Assembly (NCBI GenBank): GCA_965223905.1
Contig: CBDCXV010000001.1
Coordinates: forward strand, 896,001 to 960,000
Length of the DNA: 64,000 nt
DNA from: Candidatus Latescibacterota bacterium
GTDB taxonomy: Bacteria; Latescibacterota; UBA2968; UBA8231
Reading direction: 5' to 3'
The notes below the pieces were generated by a model, which was not told the DNA's origin, did not search any database, and worked only from the letters and a program-made list of their open reading frames with translations. The position numbers were made by a program, and so were the translations under genes. Position 1 is the first letter of the stretch. Every line of letters begins with the position of its first letter. Of this stretch, positions 58,645 through 64,000 are shown in pieces.

Positions 58645-58739
58645 CTCGTTCATCAAGACGAGGCGCCTCTGGGCGGATGGTTCTCCGACACGGTCCTGTC
58701 GGCATTCCCGAAGGGTGCCGGAACCCGGTCGTGAGGGGC

Positions 58740-58976
58740 AGGGGCTCGAGCAGCTGTGCCGCTACGTGGCCGGCTGGACCTGGCGTCGGGGTGTCTGCGC
58801 ATCCTCGATTCGCAGCGGCTTTCCTTCGCGCTCATAACGCCGTGGTCGGATGGGACCAGCCATCTCCTGCTCTCTCCGATGGAACTACTGGAGAAGCTGG
58901 CAGCTCTGGTCCCCCCGCCCCGGTTCCAGTTCCTGCGCTATCACGGGGTCCTGACCCCCTGTGCCCGGGACCGCAG
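58740..58976 (+). mobile_element. Degenerate internal fragment of an ISCR/IS91 transposase
   Basis: Aligns to about 32600-32835 (PWSDGTSHL..ELLEKLAALVPPPR..RYHGVL). Confidence 0.85.
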
Positions 58977-59020
58977 CCCGCCTGACCTCTGCGCCGTGAG
59001 CGGTACGGAGGAGTGCGCCC

Positions 59021-60553
59021 TCAAGTACCAGGTCGACCCCTGAAACGCGTCCTTCCGGCCTGGCTGACCATCTCCCAGAGCGACCGTTGGATCGACCCCA
59101 TGTAGGTGAGAATGTGCCCGGCGGTGCGCGCCAGCCGGTCTCCCAGCCGCTCGTCCCGCTCGGCGCTGTTGGCAACGGTCACCAGGCTGTCCGCCTCTAC
59201 CTCGATGCGGGCAATGGTAGTTCCCTGCCCGGGCTCCTCCGGGCGAGGTATGCGCCACACGAAGGTCGGGTCGTGCCCGCTCGGCCCGGTCAGCTCAGGA
59301 TCCAGAAGGCGCTCCACTCTCTCGCTCCGTGTTCCCTTGGTTTCTTCCTCCACATCCATTTCCGCCGCAGCCTCCGGCATGCCGGGAAAGGGCAGGAGTC
59401 GGTCCGCCTCGCTCCCCGCCTCGCTGGTCTCCGGAGATTCGCTTTTCCAGTGCTCCTCGCGTTGCCGGCGCGACGGGCCGAAGATGAGGGGGTCCAGGGC
59501 CAGCTGATCACCGTCCTCACCGGATCCGAGCGGGTCGACGGAATCGCCGAGGTAGTGGAAATTGCGCATCGACCGCAGTTGTCCCATCAGCTCGGGCCGG
59601 CGCTCCGGGTCGAAGTGGTACAAGGACCAGGTAAGGACCACCCGTTCCCCGTCCTTGTTTTCGATCGGGGGATCCCGCAGAATCTCCAGCATCCGGTGGT
59701 AGAAGCGGAGGATTTCCACATCCCAACCCAGCAGGTCCCGTGCGGCCTGCACGCCGTTCTTCCTCAGGAAGTCCCCGACCTCCCGTATGGCGCCCCCGCA
59801 TATCGAATCCGCATAAGACCGGGAAGAGTGAGCCCCCAGGATCGGGGTTCCGTCAACCTCGATCACCTGGGCGAACAGAAAATGATCCGGATACAGGGGC
59901 CTGGCGTGGGGGGGCACCAGCACTTTGCGATACCTGTCGAGGACGATATCCCGCATCAGGACGCGTTCGCCGTCCACCCCTTCGATTTTCCAGAAACTCA
60001 GAGGTTCGTTCCGGGACGCTTCCAGCATCTTCTGCGACTGCGAATCCAGAGCCGGGTTGGTCTCCTGAAACTGGGCCGCAAGCGTCCCCGGGTGGGGCCG
60101 GCAGCCGGGGTCCGGTTGCCTGCGGTCCGGAGGAACCCACATGAAAGCAAACCAGGCGAGGAACAGATCGTAGGTAAGGTCGGCATCCCAATCTTCGGCA
60201 GGATCGCCTTCCCAGAAATCCAACCAGCCCTGATCGACGACCCCGGGGCCGTAGCGGCGTTCGGCAAAGCGGGTCACCTCGTAGGTCAAACTTTCGAGGT
60301 GATGGAATAACCGCAACGCCTCCGAACGGTCCTGCTCATGGGAAAGGCAACATTTCTTGTACTTCTTGCCGCTGCCGCACGGGCAGGGGGCGTTTCTGCC
60401 GACTTTCACCGGTATTCTCGATCTCCTGATAGCCCGCTCCACCCAAACTGGTGCAGGCGGATCATGCCGGGTGCCGGAAGCGTCTCCCTCTTCCGCGTCA
60501 ACCCCGGCTCCTGTCGAACCGACCTCCTCAGGGGCGGACGGAGCCGAACTCAC
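59021..60553 (-). CDS. SEC-C motif domain protein
   Basis: KVGRNAPCPCGSGKKYKKCC near the N-terminus. Confidence 0.8.
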   Translation of the reverse strand: MSSAPSAPEEVGSTGAGVDAEEGDASGTRHDPPAPVWVERAIRRSRIPVKVGRNAPCPCGSGKKYKKCCLSHEQDRSEALRLFHHLESLTYEVTRFAERRYGPGVVDQGWLDFWEGDPAEDWDADLTYDLFLAWFAFMWVPPDRRQPDPGCRPHPGTLAAQFQETNPALDSQSQKMLEASRNEPLSFWKIEGVDGERVLMRDIVLDRYRKVLVPPHARPLYPDHFLFAQVIEVDGTPILGAHSSRSYADSICGGAIREVGDFLRKNGVQAARDLLGWDVEILRFYHRMLEILRDPPIENKDGERVVLTWSLYHFDPERRPELMGQLRSMRNFHYLGDSVDPLGSGEDGDQLALDPLIFGPSRRQREEHWKSESPETSEAGSEADRLLPFPGMPEAAAEMDVEEETKGTRSERVERLLDPELTGPSGHDPTFVWRIPRPEEPGQGTTIARIEVEADSLVTVANSAERDERLGDRLARTAGHILTYMGSIQRSLWEMVSQAGRTRFRGRPGT

Positions 60554-60705
60554 TGGAAAGCCGATGACGGAAATTACACATATTGTTGCATCAATCCAGC
60601 CCTGCTACGAGATGTAGTGGGGAACCCGGGAAAGGGGGCGGATGGCTCCCTCCCAGGCCCAGGGTCATGCGGCGTGGCGGTTTCCGGAATCGGGGCGATT
60701 TCAGG

Positions 60706-60830
60706 TTCCTACACCCCCACGCATGCTTCATGGCTCAACCAAGTGGAGATTCGGTTCAGCCTCATTTCCCGCCATGCGGTTCGCCGCGACTCATTCCGTA
60801 AGGTATCGGAGCTCATCGAGCGAATCTCTG
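60706..60830 (+). mobile_element. IS630 transposase C-terminal remnant
   Basis: YTPTHASWLNQVEIRFSLISRHAVRRDSF. Confidence 0.75.
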
Positions 60831-60837
60831 CGACAGG

Positions 60838-60904
60838 ACCCTAGCGGCGTGCGGACGCGGCGGCTACTCTACCTCAAGTAGCCCGGAGGGCTCAGACTTG
60901 CCGG
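60838..60904 (+). repeat. 67-bp copy of the WD40 gene 3' end and downstream DNA (57195-57261)
   Basis: ACCCTAGCGGCGTGCGGAC...CTCTACCTCAAGTAGCCCGGAGGGCTCAGACTTGCCGG. Confidence 0.88.
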
Positions 60905-60917
60905 GGCGCGGCCTGCG

Positions 60918-61073
60918 GAGCTGGAGTGCCGGCGCTACGAGGCGGCCGCAAATGCCGCTGGCCAGGTACTCGATGACAGAGGCACGCAATCGCACGAGAA
61001 TCTGCGCCGCGCGCACGTGATCCGGGCGAAAGCGAGCCACCGCAGCGGCAACCCCGAGAGGTGTGCGAAAGAC
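60918..61073 (+). pseudogene. 156-bp diverged fragment of a paralog of the STAND-TPR gene (49510-49665)
   Basis: ELECRRYEAAA...HVIRAKAS.RSGNPERCAKD vs ELECRHYEAAA...HLIRAQASLRSGNPERCAKD. Confidence 0.85.
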
Positions 61074-61187
61074 GCCACACTGGCGCAGGCGTGAACCGGG
61101 TCGTGTTGTTGATTGGCGTGTGAGAAGACGATCAAGAAGATCCCGAGATTCAGGTCTGAAGTCGATAAGAAAGGAGCGAAACCATAC

Positions 61188-62012
61188 ATGAAACCGGTTA
61201 CCATTCTGGTCGCGATTATCAGCGTTTGCCTCGTTGGTTCTGGCTGTGGCGCCGGCGAGTATGTGGAGGAGGAGGTCATTGAGCGTTCGGTCGAATTTCA
61301 GCCGGGAGGACGGCTGTCGCTTGTCAACGTGAATGGAGATATATCGATCGGCACCTGGGATCGACACGAGGTGACGATGAAGGCGGAGAAGCGAGCGCGT
61401 GCCGGCAGCGAGGAAGCGGCAAGGCTGCTGCTGGAGAAGACCACGGTCGAGTTCGACCGTATCGAGAACCGGATCGACATCCGCACGGAAGTACCAGAAA
61501 AACCGCGACGGAACCGGAACGTCAACATCACCTATACATTGACGGTGCCCGAAGAGATCGACCTGGAGTTGAGATCGGTCAATGGAAGCATACAGGTGAA
61601 CGGTGTTTCAGGCGCAGTCGATGCGAAGACGACCAACGGCCGCATCGGGCTTGCCGGAATAACCGGGGCGGTTCAGGCCAGGACCACCAACGGCAATGTC
61701 GATCTCTCGGAGGTCCTGGGACCGATCGAGGCCAATGCGACGAACGGAAGCATCGAGGTGACGATTTCCGAAATCAGCGAGGAAGCGCATGATATCGGCG
61801 CCGCGACGACAAACGGCGGCATCGAGGTTACGCTGCCCAGGGGGTTGAAGGCGCACCTGAAAGCATCCACCGCAAACGGGAATATCGATACGGATTTTCC
61901 GGTTACCGTGAAGGGCCGCATCAGCAAGTCGGTTGACGGGACCATTAACGGCGGCGGGAGACTGATTGATCTGGAGACGGTGAATGGTTCGATTCGGTTG
62001 AAAGAGCTGTAA
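61188..62012 (+). CDS. DUF4097 beta-strand repeat (putative adhesin) lipoprotein
   Basis: GSGC lipobox; repeated TxNGxI motifs. Confidence 0.85.
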   Translation: MKPVTILVAIISVCLVGSGCGAGEYVEEEVIERSVEFQPGGRLSLVNVNGDISIGTWDRHEVTMKAEKRARAGSEEAARLLLEKTTVEFDRIENRIDIRTEVPEKPRRNRNVNITYTLTVPEEIDLELRSVNGSIQVNGVSGAVDAKTTNGRIGLAGITGAVQARTTNGNVDLSEVLGPIEANATNGSIEVTISEISEEAHDIGAATTNGGIEVTLPRGLKAHLKASTANGNIDTDFPVTVKGRISKSVDGTINGGGRLIDLETVNGSIRLKEL

Positions 62013-62086
62013 GCCGATAGAATTCAGTTGGACTACCGTCGTGTATTGAGGGACCAAATTACGGATTGAGCTAAAAAGGGGATCAT

Positions 62087-63441
62087 ATGTCTGCGTCCTA
62101 CGATGTCGTCATTGCCGGGGCCGGAGCGGCGGGAGCGGTGCTCGCGGCGCGGCTCAGCGAGGATCGGAGCCGGTCGGTCCTGCTGCTGGAGGCAGGGCCG
62201 GATTTTGCCGCGGTTGAAGACCTGCCCGAGGAGATTCGCTACGCCTACGGGCGCGATCGCAATATCTGGGATCGCGCCTTTGGCTCGGGCACCCGATTCG
62301 GCTGGGAGTATCGCGCCCGGGCCACGGACCTGCGCCCCGATATGTTTGTGCCGCGCGGCAAAATTGTCGGCGGGTCGAGTGCGGTCAACGCGCAGATTTT
62401 TCTGCGCGGAGTGCCCGAAGATTACGACTCTTGGGCAGCGGCGGGCAGCGACCTGTGGAGCCACGACGCTCTGTTGCCCTTTTTGTGCCGCCTCGAATCC
62501 GACCCGGACTACGGCGACGCCCCCTACCACGGCGCCGACGGCCCCATCCGCGCGCGGCGGTTCAAGGATCACGAGCTCAACCGCGAGCACGGCGCGCCAC
62601 CGGCCTGCTCGTCGAGCGCGACGGGGCCCTGTCCACGGTCCACGGCGGAGAAATCGTGCTCTGCGGCGGGGCGATCGGCTCGCCGCACCTGCTTTTTCTG
62701 TCGGGCGTCGGGCCGGCCGGGCACCTGGAGGCAATGGGCGTTGACGTGGTGTGCGATCTGCCCGGCGTCGGCCGGAATCTGCGCGACCATCCGCAAGTAA
62801 GCGTGACTTTGCGGGCAAGGGACGAGTACCTCGGCGACGGCACGGAGCCCCGGCTGCAGATCGGCCTGCGCTACACTGCCACCGGATCGGACTGGCGCAA
62901 CGACATGTTCATGATCCCGGCCTCCTTTGCCACGGAGGAGGGCTACTACGCCTCGTCGCATTCCAAACCTTTGGGGTTTTACCTGGTCGGCTGCATCTAC
63001 CTGGCCGAGGGACAGGGGAAACTCGAGCTGGCTTCCACCGACCCGCACGTGCAGCCCGTGCTCGACTATAACTACTTGGCCGAGCCCTCAGACCGCGGCC
63101 GCCTGCGCGAATCCATCCGCATCATCATCGACCTGCTCAAACACGAGGCACTCGACTCCCTCGTCGCCGAGCGCATCGGCCCCACCGACGCCGAACTCGA
63201 CACCGACGCCGCGCTCGACGAGTGGATGCGGCGCGAAGTGGGCACCAGCCATCACGTCTCCTCGACCTGCAAGATGGGACCGGCGAGCGACGCAACGGCC
63301 GTCGTCGATCAGAACGGCCGGGTGCACGGCCTCGAAAACCTGCGCGTCGCCGATGCGGCCATCATGCCCGACTGCGTGCGCGCCAACACCAACATTACCT
63401 CGATGGCCATCGGCGAGCGCATCGCCGACCTCATGCGCTGA
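62087..63441 (+). pseudogene. GMC oxidoreductase (choline-dehydrogenase-like) with an internal deletion and frameshift near 62597
   Basis: GAGAAG, RGKIVGGSSAVN | GGAIGSPHLL, GRNLRDHP, HVSSTCKMG, ANTN; the central segment expected between the two parts is absent. Confidence 0.8.
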
Positions 63442-63643
63442 AGGGACGATGGGCGCTGCAAGCCGTTGCGGGAACTTCCGCCATTGGCGCGCCCCGCGCC
63501 TCATGTCGATGGCGGTGCTGCCGAAGGCGCTGGCCAGCGGGGTGTATCTGTCCCGGCTCTCCAGGCCACAGGGGGTAAGGGTGCAGGCGGCAGGTGCTGA
63601 TAAATTGAAACGGTACCCGCGCTGATTTGCGGAAGTTTTTGAT

Positions 63644-64000
63644 TCAAAACGCCCGGCTGAAGCGCAGGGACAGATCGAGGTCGTGCGTCTGGCCGGACAT
63701 GGGGCGGGCAATGTAGAGGCGGATATCGTCCATGTGCAGCCCCAGACCGCCGCTGACATGCAGATCGAAGTCCCCCTCGCCCGCCAGCCAAGCGGAACCC
63801 GCATCCCCGAAGAAGCCCACGTTCACCCCTGCAGGCCATTTCAAACCCCTCCGCAGCCAGTATTCGGCGTTGAACAGTGCCATTCTGTCGCCGTTGAACG
63901 CCTTGAAACCATAGCCGCGCAAGGAAGAAAAACCGCCCAGGTCAAAGTGGTATTGCCGCGGTACTGATCCAGTTGCCCGTCCTGCACGCAGGCGCAGGTC
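63644..64000 (-). CDS. BamA/TamA (Omp85) family outer-membrane protein, C-terminal part
   Basis: Open from the window edge; LGGFSSLRGY, FFGDAGSAW; terminal Phe. Confidence 0.75.
   Translation of the reverse strand, partial: DLRLRAGRATGSVPRQYHFDLGGFSSLRGYGFKAFNGDRMALFNAEYWLRRGLKWPAGVNVGFFGDAGSAWLAGEGDFDLHVSGGLGLHMDDIRLYIARPMSGQTHDLDLSLRFSRAF

Noticed and set aside
1-64000. tRNA, rRNA, tmRNA or CRISPR loci
   Set aside because: None recognised by eye; covariance-model searches were not run.

Overview
High-GC bacterial window. The gene content (secreted WD40, FG-GAP, FN3 and YWTD-like proteins, FlgD-Ig/'PNPF' C-terminal domains, GHL10-like hydrolases, a sulfatase) resembles sponge-symbiont Latescibacterota/Poribacteria-type genomes; this is inference only. 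1-31 kb is mostly metabolic or housekeeping: vapB, a GHL10-like hydrolase, secreted peptidases, cstA, moaB, glutaminyl cyclase, M20 peptidase, sulfatase, oxidoreductases and purL. It also holds an IS630, two TA pairs and a BlaI/M56 signalling locus whose sensor gene is split by a 221-bp MITE. 31-44 kb is a mosaic island lying between purL and a diverged, broken 5' copy of purL. It contains an ISCR/IS91-type rolling-circle element, two further 3'-end fragments of that element, IS1380, IS66 and many abutting gene fragments. 45.8-57 kb holds a palindromic operator, then a translationally coupled pair of STAND-like ATPases (the second with wHTH and 8 x 43-aa TPR-like repeats), then secreted WD40 proteins (one split by IS5, with a 1.2-kb tandem duplication). 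The best candidates for undescribed biology are the paired-ATPase/TPR locus, ISCR-associated gene-fragment capture, the M56 sensor with unusual repeats, and a C-terminal 'SWGxxK' motif. Several frameshifts lie in homopolymers and may be long-read errors. No CRISPR array, tRNA or rRNA was seen.
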